DNA of 50,765 nucleotides from a virus (taxonomy: Duplodnaviria; Caudoviricetes). The stretch covers positions 1 to 50,765 of the IMG/VR virus record IMGVR_UViG_3300048589_000316. One strand, 5' to 3'. Below the pieces are notes generated by a model. The model did not search any database, was not told where the DNA came from, and saw only the letters and a list, made by a program, of their open reading frames with translations. The translations under genes and the position numbers were made by a program. Below are positions 35,638 to 45,989 of the stretch, in pieces. Position 1 is the first letter of the stretch, and each line of letters opens with the position of its first letter.

Positions 35638-38600
35638 CTACTGCTGTCCAATCCTTGTTGCTCTCCAAATTCCACCTACTTTTACAAGCATACATAATGT
35701 ATCAGTTATTGAAATCGAACTAAAAGATCCTGCAGTATGAGAAAACTCAATTGTATCACCATCTGATCCTGCAATAGTCTTTGTACCCTTTGCTTGAAAC
35801 AAAATCATCCTACCATCTAAATTGTTGATCTCACTTGGTAAATATGTTGTAAAATTAACTCCAAAAGCATATACATAACACTCATAATCGTTCAATGTGT
35901 TTACCGAACTAACTACTTTAGTTGACGTATATAACCCCCTGCACATGATTCTTTCAAACCAACCACCAAATGTAGGTGCCCTTTCGTTTACAGTAGCATA
36001 ATTATTGGTTGCTTTTCCATAAACTCCAATTACCGAAGTATTGCTACCCCCTCCATAAACCCTAAGTTTTGCACGAACATCAGCTTTAATTCCCATCTTC
36101 TTAGTGAAAGGCCCTTCACCTGCAGTACCTCCGTTAATTGAATTTCCTGCAAAATTTAAATTTAAACCATCAGTGTCTAATATCGAAGTGGCTGACTCTT
36201 GTGATGAATTTCCAGAATGAGTTGAGATTATCTGCCCTGTTGAACTATCTATTTTGATCGTTTGAACTACTACAGATGCAGTATCAAGTTCATTGTAAAT
36301 AGTCTTATTGCTTTTAAGGGTTATAACACCTGTATTACCGTTAAACTGTAATCTTGGATCAGAACCAACTACAGTCTGACTTGATATTTTTCCACCATTG
36401 ATAATGAAGTCGGCAATGTTTGCTGATTCAGCTAATAATAAATTTGTGGCAACACTTTCAAATTGGGCACCGAAATTTTGATACCTACTTAAAATAAATG
36501 AAGATTGAACTAAAGCATTACTCCAATTATATATATAGTATGTGCCTCCTGATTTTACAACATCACGTCTTAAAGAATTATTGTAAAGTGTCATTCCATT
36601 ATAGAACACTCCACGATATACAAGACCTGGGCCATCTGAACCATCAGTACCAGGCACACCATCATCACCTCTAAATTTAGACCATACATAATCCGCTTTA
36701 TTAGTGCTTTCAGATGCGTCAAATTTATTAACTGCAATTCCTATATATTCAGTAGATGCGTTAGGAATATCATATAAGCCTGTTCCATCTGCATTATTGG
36801 AATATTTGATCCAAGTATATCCTTGCAAACCATCCACGCCATCCACGCCCTTTATTAGTGACCAAGAATAATCTGCGGGATTTGTACTTTCTGTAGTGGT
36901 TGGTTTATTGTATGCGAACCCGATATATTTTTTTCCAGTTGGATCGTTACTTAAACCAGAACCTCCTGCAGTATCGGCATATTTGATCCAAGTATACGTT
37001 GTCGTTCCTTCACCGTCTAATCCTTTTGCTGCCATTATTTTCCACTTGGTTACGTCTGTCGGTGGTGCACCAGAAAATAATGTACCTATAGCGATGTATG
37101 TACTTCCAGAATAATAAACAGAATCATCTTTGGCGTATACAGTGGTGTTATTATAGTCGCCCCTCCACAAAGGCAAAGCACCCTCACCTCCATATTTATT
37201 CTGAAATAAAGCCCCTTTTATAGTTAATGCGTTTGGGTTTGTAACATTCCAATCCATACCGTTAAATCCTCCATCACTAAGTAATAAAGCACCATTATCA
37301 AGATCAAGATAATTATATCCGTTTAAACTTTGAATTTTCCCTGTAGTTATAAACTTACCATTTATAAAAGTTTGACCGTAAATAAGCGAAATGTTTCTTC
37401 TGTTTTTTCCATTTGTTACATCTACAGCATGAAGGAATCCGAGTAAAAAAGTATAATAACCTGCAGTATGATCAATTTTCTTTTGAACTAACGAATACTC
37501 AATTAATCCTTGATTTATTGTTGGGTTACAAACAGCATAAATATAATATGCATTATCGTTGATAAGATCTACAGTATTTGAAGGTATTGCAAATTCTTTC
37601 ACTGTTTCTTCAATTGTGAAATGCACCAAAGTACATGTAGTATTGTAAATTTTATTTTTTATACCATACCTGTTAGGATCTAACTCTAACCCAATAATAT
37701 TCATGTTTAATGGTTTTGCACCAACACTTAGCGCAGCCGTTTCAATGGACAAAGGTTTTATTTTCTCATTATTGAAATACCCATCCACATCAAAAATATC
37801 CTTGGTTACCGTATTCAGATCCTTTACTTTTTGAGCAATCCTTATTCTCTCTGCAGTTCGGTCAATTCTTTCTTTTATAATGTTTTCATTGTTTACTTCA
37901 ATTCCTATTTGCACTCTGTTTAGTAAAGTGACAAAGGCATTATTTCCAACTTTGATAACGTACTTATATTGATCTACCAAACTTTGCTGAATTTCAACAA
38001 CCTTTGTAGATATAGTAATTCCAAAGTCAGTATCAACAATCTGAATAATATCACCTACATTCAATGTTACTACATTTGACCTAAACCAAACATGATCTGG
38101 TTTTATTTCATATATAACATTTGGAACGCTATACTTTGCCAAATATTCATTGGCCCTGCTCAACAATTCTGTTTCTGCTGCAGTTATATAGCTTTCAGGC
38201 ATTACAATATCATGTATAACGTATTGATCACCTACTTGTGGTTTTGATATTGCATTTGGCAAAGTTTCATCCTGATCAGTAGTAATTGCAATTAAAGTAA
38301 ACTCTTTTGTGGTATGGTTATACTTTTCAACTTCGAACTCATATCCTGCCAATAATCCAGAATTAAAAGTCACTTTTGCAATACTACTTGATAATTGATC
38401 GTTTAAATCAAAATCAATTGAATAATCTTTGAATTTTGTTGGATCTAACAAATCAATGTCTTGAACATTAGCTAATCTTCTTGGGTAAATATCTTCAAAT
38501 ATTACCGACTTCTCAATGACACCAAATGTTGAAATATTGTTTTCAATGTATTTTGTTCCGGACGTTAATTGCAACCGCCTTGATCCATAATCACCATAAA

Positions 38601-39243
38601 TGATATTTCTTTCAGATCCATAAGGGTACAATCGAGTCATAAACTGACCATCGTTTAACTCTTTTCTTTCAATATCACGTAAACCATTTTTAAATTGAAA
38701 ACTCAATGCAGTAGCAACACCAACACTTTCAGCTACATTAAATGAAAGACCGTTGTCGGCAAATTTATATTCCAGACCAAATTCTACACAAATCTTCTGC
38801 AATGCACTTAGGCAAGTATCTTGATTAAACTGGATATTTTTAAAACTTGTAGTTGGGTATGTTCCTACACCATAAACACCTGTTCCACCTGCTCTATTCA
38901 TGTTGTCTCTGATCAAATGAACAAAAGTTTCAACTGTGCCTGATAAATAAAAATCATTGATGCCATCCAGAAGAAATAGTGCCTGATCATAATTATACTG
39001 TGGAGCATAAAAATCAACATTGTATTGGAATGAGTTTGATTTAGCTTTTTTGATAATTGGTTGCTTCAATGCTTTATACTTTCTTCCTCTCCAATTTATG
39101 AAATCACCGATCCTAACATCAACAAAAGTTTCCAAACTAAAAGTCATGTTAATCACGTGTTCACCCATTAAAGTATGTTTTAAAATACTATTATCATCAA
39201 TAGGTGCATCTACCACATTTATTATACCTCTGTAAATTATCAT
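35638..39243 (-). CDS. Central tail / baseplate hub-fibre protein
   Basis: TRLYPYGS.RN, FEDIYP and F.SG.LAG.EFE motifs; two YTWIKY...YIG...DY.WS repeats; follows Dit. Confidence 0.85.
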   Translation of the reverse strand: MIIYRGIINVVDAPIDDNSILKHTLMGEHVINMTFSLETFVDVRIGDFINWRGRKYKALKQPIIKKAKSNSFQYNVDFYAPQYNYDQALFLLDGINDFYLSGTVETFVHLIRDNMNRAGGTGVYGVGTYPTTSFKNIQFNQDTCLSALQKICVEFGLEYKFADNGLSFNVAESVGVATALSFQFKNGLRDIERKELNDGQFMTRLYPYGSERNIIYGDYGSRRLQLTSGTKYIENNISTFGVIEKSVIFEDIYPRRLANVQDIDLLDPTKFKDYSIDFDLNDQLSSSIAKVTFNSGLLAGYEFEVEKYNHTTKEFTLIAITTDQDETLPNAISKPQVGDQYVIHDIVMPESYITAAETELLSRANEYLAKYSVPNVIYEIKPDHVWFRSNVVTLNVGDIIQIVDTDFGITISTKVVEIQQSLVDQYKYVIKVGNNAFVTLLNRVQIGIEVNNENIIKERIDRTAERIRIAQKVKDLNTVTKDIFDVDGYFNNEKIKPLSIETAALSVGAKPLNMNIIGLELDPNRYGIKNKIYNTTCTLVHFTIEETVKEFAIPSNTVDLINDNAYYIYAVCNPTINQGLIEYSLVQKKIDHTAGYYTFLLGFLHAVDVTNGKNRRNISLIYGQTFINGKFITTGKIQSLNGYNYLDLDNGALLLSDGGFNGMDWNVTNPNALTIKGALFQNKYGGEGALPLWRGDYNNTTVYAKDDSVYYSGSTYIAIGTLFSGAPPTDVTKWKIMAAKGLDGEGTTTYTWIKYADTAGGSGLSNDPTGKKYIGFAYNKPTTTESTNPADYSWSLIKGVDGVDGLQGYTWIKYSNNADGTGLYDIPNASTEYIGIAVNKFDASESTNKADYVWSKFRGDDGVPGTDGSDGPGLVYRGVFYNGMTLYNNSLRRDVVKSGGTYYIYNWSNALVQSSFILSRYQNFGAQFESVATNLLLAESANIADFIINGGKISSQTVVGSDPRLQFNGNTGVITLKSNKTIYNELDTASVVVQTIKIDSSTGQIISTHSGNSSQESATSILDTDGLNLNFAGNSINGGTAGEGPFTKKMGIKADVRAKLRVYGGGSNTSVIGVYGKATNNYATVNERAPTFGGWFERIMCRGLYTSTKVVSSVNTLNDYECYVYAFGVNFTTYLPSEINNLDGRMILFQAKGTKTIAGSDGDTIEFSHTAGSFSSISITDTLCMLVKVGGIWRATRIGQQ

Positions 39244-40031
39244 ACTCTGAATAGATTTAAATCAAATTTTGCTAATCTTTTACTTCTTTTTTCAACCTTG
39301 AACCCAACTGCAAAAAAAGTGGAAAACAAATAAGTTTTATATTTAAAGGTCAATGGTTTTGCTGATGCCATTAATTTTTTAAACGATTCCATTTTGATCA
39401 AAAGATCCTGTGCCGATGATCCAATACAATAACATTCCAACTTGAATGAATTTAAGCCCCTATAAGCGCTTTTCTTTTGTGCTAGGTTATATTGGGTTAT
39501 AGAACTCGCTTTTGCTTCTGAGACAGTGGATAAATCATGTAATCGGCTTATTACAATGCCAAATGAAGAAAACTTATAACCATCTAAACTAATATCTGGT
39601 GCAGGAGTGATCTTTGTTGGCAAAACTCCATTGAATACCGGAATTCTTTCATAAAACCTGATTTTTACAGTGTCATTAACCTTAAATCTTCTGTGATCAT
39701 AGATCCTGTCAACAACTACATTGTATATCCCTAAACTACCTGATCTTTCAGTTAACTCTAAAGTAGTTGGATTTGCGGTGTTTTTATATAATTGTACAAA
39801 ATTGTCAAAAGGATTTAAATCATCATCATAAGTACCATCCTGAATTCTGGGATCATACAGGAACTCTACATCAATATTCCTTCCTTGCCATGCCATTTGT
39901 GAAAATATGGGTTCAATAATATCACCCCAATCATAAGCGTATTCATCTAATCGACCAGGCATATCCAATGCCCCTGTAGTTTTTATAGGAACTAAACCCC
40001 AATGTTTTGTATCAGTACCTCCTATTTTCAT
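39240..40031 (-). CDS. Distal tail protein (Dit-like)
   Basis: Position between tape measure and hub genes; duplicated-domain appearance. Confidence 0.6.
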   Translation of the reverse strand: MKIGGTDTKHWGLVPIKTTGALDMPGRLDEYAYDWGDIIEPIFSQMAWQGRNIDVEFLYDPRIQDGTYDDDLNPFDNFVQLYKNTANPTTLELTERSGSLGIYNVVVDRIYDHRRFKVNDTVKIRFYERIPVFNGVLPTKITPAPDISLDGYKFSSFGIVISRLHDLSTVSEAKASSITQYNLAQKKSAYRGLNSFKLECYCIGSSAQDLLIKMESFKKLMASAKPLTFKYKTYLFSTFFAVGFKVEKRSKRLAKFDLNLFRV

Positions 40032-43000
40032 TACGATAAACTTTTCTCAATGTTTAATAATCTTTGGTTGGTCACTCCTATTTGCTCTATAATTTGACCA
40101 GTATTTACAGAAATCATGGAAAGATACAAATTGCTTTCCCTTGCTGCTGCCAATCCAATAGAAACATCTACCCGAATTCCATTAACTGCCCCTGCCAAAA
40201 CATTTGCAGTATCTTCTGTTATGGTGGAGATCTCACCAGTTAAACCTTGTCTATCTGATTTGTCTGGTTGGAAAATATCAAACCCAAAATCTTCACTAGC
40301 ATTTTGTGCTTCCAATAGTGCTTTATTAAAATCATCTGTCAAAGTTTTACTCTGCTCAAAGAATCTAGCAAAATCATCTACCCAATTGCCATCACCTCCA
40401 AGATCGTAGGATCGTTTCATTTCTTCTTGCAATTTCTTAAACTGCTCGGAAAATATTTCATCAAAAATAAGTTGCTCTAAGATGTTTTCCAAAACTTCCG
40501 AAATTGTTTGACCCATGGCTTCTGCAGCATTTCCACCCTGCTCAAAGGTAGTTACCAAATTATCCCTCAAACTATTTCCAAGACCTCCGGCTAAAGTGTC
40601 CAACACATCTTCGATCTGCTTTCTTGCTTCTTCCATTTGATCCGTCCACTTAATGGTATCTTCAATAAGTAGCTTTGTTTTTTTGTTTACCAAATCTTGA
40701 TCGATAAGGGTTTGGGCCAACTCCTTATTAAACTTTTCTTGACCATCTGCAGATCTTTGTACTAGATCAGGATACTCAGCTAATAACTCTCCAAATAGAT
40801 CCTTTTTCTTTTTACCTCCGAACAATCCGACTAAACCACCAACAACAGCACCAATGGCTGCCCCTACAAATCCACCAACAGTTGCGCCTAATGCTGCTCC
40901 TGCTCCTGCACCAGTTCCTACTGCTCCCCAATCAATGGCATTCTTTTGACCCAATTTAGCCTGACCCTCTACAAGCTGATCAATACTTTCAGAATAATTA
41001 ACCCCTGCATCGGTCAATGCTTCCATTGCAGCCTGTAACTCATTAATATAATCAGTGGTAAATATGTTTTGATTTATAGACTCTCTTGCTAAAATCTGAT
41101 CATTCAGTAATTGGTTGTACTGCTTTTGGTACCCGATAACTGAAAGGTAATATTCTTCCTCCGCCTTTTTCCTTTTATCTGATGCATTGACCACTAGGCC
41201 AATTAAGGTAATTGCACTAGAAACACCTGCAGATATTTTTTCTGTAGGACTAGCGTTTTTATCCAATGCAGTAAATAAATTATCCAATTGAGATACAACA
41301 CCCTTAAAAGCCTTTATTAAATCAGAAGTAATTGTATCGCCTGCATCTTCAAATACAGTAGCAACCTCATTCAAACTGGTTTTAATAACTTCAATGTTAT
41401 TTTGCCATTTTTGTCTTTCACCTTGGTTTATTCTGGAAATTATCTCTAATTCTTTGGCACTTCCTTTTTCTGCCTGTTTTAGTTTTTTATTCCAGTAATC
41501 GATATAACCATTTAATTGCTGATTGGTAAAAGACTGTAGAGAAATATTCACCCCTTCATACAGGCTAATTTCTGTTTCAATATTATCCTTAGCTAGATCC
41601 AACTCTTTTTTCTTGGCATCTATTATCGTTTTCAGTTTATCCCTTTCAGCTTGATCAATTGCAGCCCTCCACTTTTTATCAAGTGCTGATAATTCTTTTT
41701 CAATGGCATTTATAGAAGTCCTGTCAACTTTAATATCCTGCACTAATGGTTGTATTTCAACATCAACTTTTTGAACGTTCTTATCTCTTGTAAATCCACT
41801 TATCCCTGCTTTTTGAGCCGCTTCTGCAATATCCTTCTGTTTACTGATACTGTCCTTATAGGTTTCAAGTTCGTTCTGCAGGAAAGTATAATAATCCTCA
41901 CCTTCTTTTAATAGGTTTTTATTGATCTCGACCGCCTTATCCTTTCCAAGTTGTATTATTTCATTTTCAAAAGCTTCATAGGCGGTTTTCTTACTGGCTA
42001 GATATTTCTTGTACGCTTCCGCTTCATCATCTAAACCGATATTACTTGGGTCTGGGTTCTCTTTTGGTTTGAAGTCGATTATCTCGGCCCTTGCCGTACT
42101 TTCCTCGCCAAGCAATTTATTTAGTTCCCTTTGAGCCGACAATTGTTCTTTTCCAAGTCCCTGTAAAAGTCCGTACTGGTACAATAGATTTCTGGATGCA
42201 TCCGATCCTTTTGCATCAATGGCCTTTACTTGATCATCAAATGACCTACCAATATTTTCCTTTATGGTAGATCTTAAATATTCACTGGCAATTTTAAGTC
42301 TATTTATTTCAGCCTGTACAACTTGCTCCTGTTGTTTGAACTTGGTCAACTTCTCTACATAGGCTATATCTTTTTTGGCAATCTCTTCCTTATTGTTTTC
42401 AAGTCTGATCCTTTTCAGTAATTGCTCATTTACACCGATCAAAGCTGATTCGATATCACCAGTGTATTCACCTTCATTCTGGATATTTTTAAGAAATGCA
42501 GGGTACTTGTCCTTTAGGATATCGATTATCTCGATCTTTCTTTCCTGTGCAACACCGCCCCTTTCAAGTTCATCCCTTAATTGCTGTAGTTCGACTCTTT
42601 CCTTCTGGTATAGATCTGCAGCAAAATTACTAGGGTCTGTCAAGTCAACTATAAATCCTGCGGCCTTATTTGCTACATCAAGCAATTCATTTCCTATGGA
42701 TTCTGTCAATGCTCTAACTCGGTTTCTTAGGATCTCAATTTGATTGATCTGCCCTGATGCCATTACACTAAATGCTTTCCTAGCACTTCCTGCAGCCGAT
42801 TCAATATCTCTAAGATCTTCTGCTGCTCCTTTTGCGTTCTTTCCTGTAGTAGCCAATATTGCACCAACGGCTTCAATTGTTCCTGTGGCTTCCTGTAGTT
42901 TTTGCACAGATCCATTTGTCCGTTCTGAAACTTCTTGCATCGCTTCCTGAAAAGTATATGCTTTACTCCAACCATCACCAAGTTCCTTATTAACCCCGAT

Positions 43001-43693
43001 CAATGCGGCTCTTATTTGGGTAAATGCCTGTGCTGTTGGTACACCTTGTTTGGTCAATGAAGCAACGGCTGCCAATATCTCATTATAAGAAACTCCCAAT
43101 GAAGCCGCCAAAGGTGCCGCCTGTGACATGGACGAAGATAATTGAGCAAAATTAGTTTTACCTAACTCTACCGTCTTAAACATGGCATCTGCAATCTGAT
43201 CTACATTTTCTGCAGATTCACCAAATGCGTTCATGATAGTTGTCAAACCATCGGCTGCGGTTAATGTATCGGTGACACCTGCAACTGCGGCTTTACTCGC
43301 TGTCTCCAAAACTCGCAATCCTTCTGCACCATCATATCCTGCAGATACAACTTGATAGTATGCCTTGGCAAGTTTTACAGGATCATCAAGGGTTTGTTGT
43401 GATAATTGGAAAATGTCACTTCCTATGCCTTTAAAATCAGCATTAGCGGCTTTTGATATTGTCCTTACCTCCAACATGGCCTGTTCATAGATCTTGGCAA
43501 ATTGGAATGCTTCATTGGATATTGCTGCAAATGCTGCTGCTGCACCAACTGCTAAACCGGCAAATGGATTTATTTTGCTGATAGCACTACCTAAACTACT
43601 AATGATATTTATTGCATCAAATTTACCTTGCTCTAATCCAGAATTGTCCAACCCTGTCGCAAAGAATAGCGAATTTTCACCTCTAACTGGCAT
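40031..43693 (-). CDS. Tail tape measure protein (TP901-type)
   Basis: 1220 aa, helical; AYYQVVSAG and TVELGKT core; hydrophobic Gly-rich segment. Confidence 0.95.
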   Translation of the reverse strand: MPVRGENSLFFATGLDNSGLEQGKFDAINIISSLGSAISKINPFAGLAVGAAAAFAAISNEAFQFAKIYEQAMLEVRTISKAANADFKGIGSDIFQLSQQTLDDPVKLAKAYYQVVSAGYDGAEGLRVLETASKAAVAGVTDTLTAADGLTTIMNAFGESAENVDQIADAMFKTVELGKTNFAQLSSSMSQAAPLAASLGVSYNEILAAVASLTKQGVPTAQAFTQIRAALIGVNKELGDGWSKAYTFQEAMQEVSERTNGSVQKLQEATGTIEAVGAILATTGKNAKGAAEDLRDIESAAGSARKAFSVMASGQINQIEILRNRVRALTESIGNELLDVANKAAGFIVDLTDPSNFAADLYQKERVELQQLRDELERGGVAQERKIEIIDILKDKYPAFLKNIQNEGEYTGDIESALIGVNEQLLKRIRLENNKEEIAKKDIAYVEKLTKFKQQEQVVQAEINRLKIASEYLRSTIKENIGRSFDDQVKAIDAKGSDASRNLLYQYGLLQGLGKEQLSAQRELNKLLGEESTARAEIIDFKPKENPDPSNIGLDDEAEAYKKYLASKKTAYEAFENEIIQLGKDKAVEINKNLLKEGEDYYTFLQNELETYKDSISKQKDIAEAAQKAGISGFTRDKNVQKVDVEIQPLVQDIKVDRTSINAIEKELSALDKKWRAAIDQAERDKLKTIIDAKKKELDLAKDNIETEISLYEGVNISLQSFTNQQLNGYIDYWNKKLKQAEKGSAKELEIISRINQGERQKWQNNIEVIKTSLNEVATVFEDAGDTITSDLIKAFKGVVSQLDNLFTALDKNASPTEKISAGVSSAITLIGLVVNASDKRKKAEEEYYLSVIGYQKQYNQLLNDQILARESINQNIFTTDYINELQAAMEALTDAGVNYSESIDQLVEGQAKLGQKNAIDWGAVGTGAGAGAALGATVGGFVGAAIGAVVGGLVGLFGGKKKKDLFGELLAEYPDLVQRSADGQEKFNKELAQTLIDQDLVNKKTKLLIEDTIKWTDQMEEARKQIEDVLDTLAGGLGNSLRDNLVTTFEQGGNAAEAMGQTISEVLENILEQLIFDEIFSEQFKKLQEEMKRSYDLGGDGNWVDDFARFFEQSKTLTDDFNKALLEAQNASEDFGFDIFQPDKSDRQGLTGEISTITEDTANVLAGAVNGIRVDVSIGLAAARESNLYLSMISVNTGQIIEQIGVTNQRLLNIEKSLS

Positions 43694-43710
43694 ATCTAAA
43701 ATGTTTTAGC

Positions 43711-43774
43711 TAAAAGTACTTTGTTTAGTCAGTACGCTTTTAGTAACTTAGATCCCAAAGTTTATAGTAGTAAA
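43711..43774 (-). promoter_or_regulatory. Late-motif copy plus -7-like TACTTTTA
   Basis: 14-mer at 43761-43774, 42 nt from the box at 43711-43718. Confidence 0.6.
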
Positions 43775-43785
43775 CTGATGAAATT

Positions 43786-43989
43786 ATGACACACATTCCA
43801 CCATTCGAGGACTATTTGACATTTCCTTTTGAATATTACAAAAGAGTTGGAAATACAATCTACCTCCGAAACAAGCATTTAGAATTTAACTTTGAGGCCG
43901 ATCAAGAGTACTTAAAAGTATTTGATCATAAGTATGAACTCAATGACTTTATTATGATTTTCCTTCCAGAAATGACTAGACTTAACTAG
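43786..43989 (+). CDS. Hypothetical protein; only credible plus-strand gene
   Basis: Fills an otherwise empty gap; convergent with the chaperone gene. Confidence 0.5.
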   Translation: MTHIPPFEDYLTFPFEYYKRVGNTIYLRNKHLEFNFEADQEYLKVFDHKYELNDFIMIFLPEMTRLN

Positions 43990-44306
43990 CTTTCGTCTGG
44001 CATCATGCCACTAAGGATATTGAATAAATGAGGTTGCTTTTTTTCAATCTTTCCACCATCTTCATCTTTTTTCAATTTGCTCTCATATCTAGGTACACTG
44101 GCACTAAGCATTATGAGGTTTTGAAATGAGATCTTATTCCTGCAGAAATTATAGGTCATACCGAAATGACTCATGCACGTACCTACAAATTGATAAGGGT
44201 TAAAACGGTTATCTTCATCTTCATCTAACTCTCCTTCACCTTCTCCACTTTCATCATCATCATCGGGTTTAGATGCTTTACAATTTGGATACAGGGTAAA
44301 AAAAAA
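43986..44306 (-). CDS. Tail assembly chaperone gpGT, -1 frame extension
   Basis: -1 frame is open from the T9 run (44298-44306) to the stop at 43986. Confidence 0.75.
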   Translation of the reverse strand, partial: FFFTLYPNCKASKPDDDDESGEGEGELDEDEDNRFNPYQFVGTCMSHFGMTYNFCRNKISFQNLIMLSASVPRYESKLKKDEDGGKIEKKQPHLFNILSGMMPDES

Positions 44307-44722
44307 TCAGTCTTGCATTTTGCCATCGACTCATGAAGCATAAAGGCCATTTCTTCGGGCGTTAAATTATCCAGTAAAAAAGGCACGTACCATAATGGCA
44401 TTTCCTTCTTTGAATAACCATGGGAAAAAATAGCAATCATTTCGCACATTTCTTTCAGATACCTAAGATATTTTACATTTTTGGAATCTTCACTGAACAC
44501 TTCATCAGGTATGCCCAGGGCTATAACACCTATTCTTTCCAGTGTAGACAATACAGGTGGTTTTACCTCAAACGTAATTTCTTCTTTGTCTTTTAGGGCT
44601 TCTGGCAATTCAGTATTGTTTACCACTTTTACGTGATACTTACTAGGTCTACTGATCAAAGCATTTAAAACCTGTTTCTTGCTTTTTATCTCTACTTCTG
44701 GGGTAATGGGTTCGGTATTCAT
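44225..44722 (-). CDS. Tail assembly chaperone gpG
   Basis: Upstream of the tape measure gene; GAT TTT TTT TTA slippery site. Confidence 0.75.
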   Translation of the reverse strand: MNTEPITPEVEIKSKKQVLNALISRPSKYHVKVVNNTELPEALKDKEEITFEVKPPVLSTLERIGVIALGIPDEVFSEDSKNVKYLRYLKEMCEMIAIFSHGYSKKEMPLWYVPFLLDNLTPEEMAFMLHESMAKCKTDFFLPCIQIVKHLNPMMMMKVEKVKES

Positions 44723-44774
44723 TGATAGTGCTTTATGAACAATTTTCGACTAAATTATATAATATCTACCTAAC

Positions 44775-44803
44775 AAAAAAAAGGAAGGCCATCAAACCTT
44801 CCC
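44775..44803 (-). terminator. Intrinsic terminator
   Basis: GGAAGG/CCTTCC stem with a T-run. Confidence 0.65.
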
Positions 44804-44825
44804 TTTCCCAATTTAAAAAACACAA

Positions 44826-45296
44826 TCACAACCAACTTTCATCTGCAAAGCTGACATAAGATTCACGTGTGTAAATCACATGATCCAATAAACTCATGTC
44901 AAGCATTTTAGCAGCTTCTTTTACTCTTTTAGTCATATCCCGATCTGCGTTGCTAGGTCTTAATGTTCCTGACGGATGATTGTGCAAGAGAATCAATCCA
45001 GTGGCTCTAACTTTCAATGCTGTGACCAATACATTTTTAATATCTACTAGGCAACCATTTGAAGATCCAACTGATAATTCTGAAATCGCCATTACATCAT
45101 TGGAATTGTTCATGCAGATAAGATGAACCTTTTCATTTAGATCAATTTGATCATCATCTACCACTGTCCTAACCAATTCGTTTGCGGATCTGGAAGATGT
45201 AATTTTAAACCTTTCTGATTTTGGCACCTTCTGAATGTATTTCAGTTGTACCTCTGATACTTTAATAGATTTGCCGGATTTAGTGTAATTTTTCAT
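44826..45296 (-). CDS. RadC-like JAB domain protein
   Basis: E...HNHPSG..RPS.AD...LLDHVI. Confidence 0.9.
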   Translation of the reverse strand: MKNYTKSGKSIKVSEVQLKYIQKVPKSERFKITSSRSANELVRTVVDDDQIDLNEKVHLICMNNSNDVMAISELSVGSSNGCLVDIKNVLVTALKVRATGLILLHNHPSGTLRPSNADRDMTKRVKEAAKMLDMSLLDHVIYTRESYVSFADESWL

Positions 45297-45360
45297 TGTG
45301 TGATGTGATGTTAAATGTTTAATTATACAATAAAGATAGTATAAATATTTATATATCCTA
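45297..45360 (-). promoter_or_regulatory. Early-type promoter, operator and leader copy
   Basis: TATAAATATTTATA at 45340-45353, TATCTTTA, ACATCACATCAC leader. Confidence 0.75.
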
Positions 45361-45410
45361 ACCTTTTCAAGAAATATTTTTAATTAGGTCGATTTCGCCA
45401 CAATTAAAAT

Positions 45411-45587
45411 CTAATCAGGTTCATCACCTGCGCTTTCGATCTCAATCACAATAAATTCTTTCCTTATGAACCAATCACTTTTATAAATCCTTTGAATATC
45501 TAGCAATTCACCAAAATGACCTATTCCACCAACTGGAAGATCTTGATCCATTTTCAATAGTTCACTTACTAATTCAGAAACTTTCAT
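45411..45587 (-). CDS. Small hypothetical protein (58 aa)
   Basis: Manual ORF MKVSELVSELLKMDQDLPV... Confidence 0.55.
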   Translation of the reverse strand: MKVSELVSELLKMDQDLPVGGIGHFGELLDIQRIYKSDWFIRKEFIVIEIESAGDEPD

Positions 45588-45834
45588 TTTGTTCTATTTT
45601 AATTAATTCTACAACTCCTTTTATGGTTATCTGGTATTCGTTTTCGTTTTCACATTTCATAATCAATTCCAGTTTAATAAGATTACTCAATAGGTATTCG
45701 GTAACAACCCAGGCTGACCCGTGTTGCATTTTTTCGTGCAATTCAGTTCCAGTTATTCCACACAAGTTAATAGGTCTTATCAATATAGATAGAACCATTT
45801 TCTGATGCCTTGAAAGTGGAATTCGTGTTTTCAT
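45574..45834 (-). CDS. Putative winged-helix protein
   Basis: L..L..LELI......YQIT.KG pattern. Confidence 0.55.
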   Translation of the reverse strand: MKTRIPLSRHQKMVLSILIRPINLCGITGTELHEKMQHGSAWVVTEYLLSNLIKLELIMKCENENEYQITIKGVVELIKIEQNESF

Positions 45835-45839
45835 TATTT

Positions 45840-45989
45840 CTACTGTACCTTTTCAATCTTCAATATATGAATAGAAGTAACATTCAAGTTTGAAGAAAAC
45901 GTCTCAATGGCTGACAATATACCAAATGCAGGTATTACTATTTCACTGATTCCGCAATGGTTCCTATATGTGATCTTATAATTGTTCAT
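45840..45989 (-). CDS. Small hypothetical protein (49 aa)
   Basis: Manual ORF, coupled to the upstream gene. Confidence 0.4.
   Translation of the reverse strand: MNNYKITYRNHCGISEIVIPAFGILSAIETFSSNLNVTSIHILKIEKVQ

Noticed and set aside
36660-37000. Tail gene repeats as diversity-generating retroelement TR/VR
   Set aside because: In-frame protein repeats without adenine-specific differences; no reverse transcriptase in the genome
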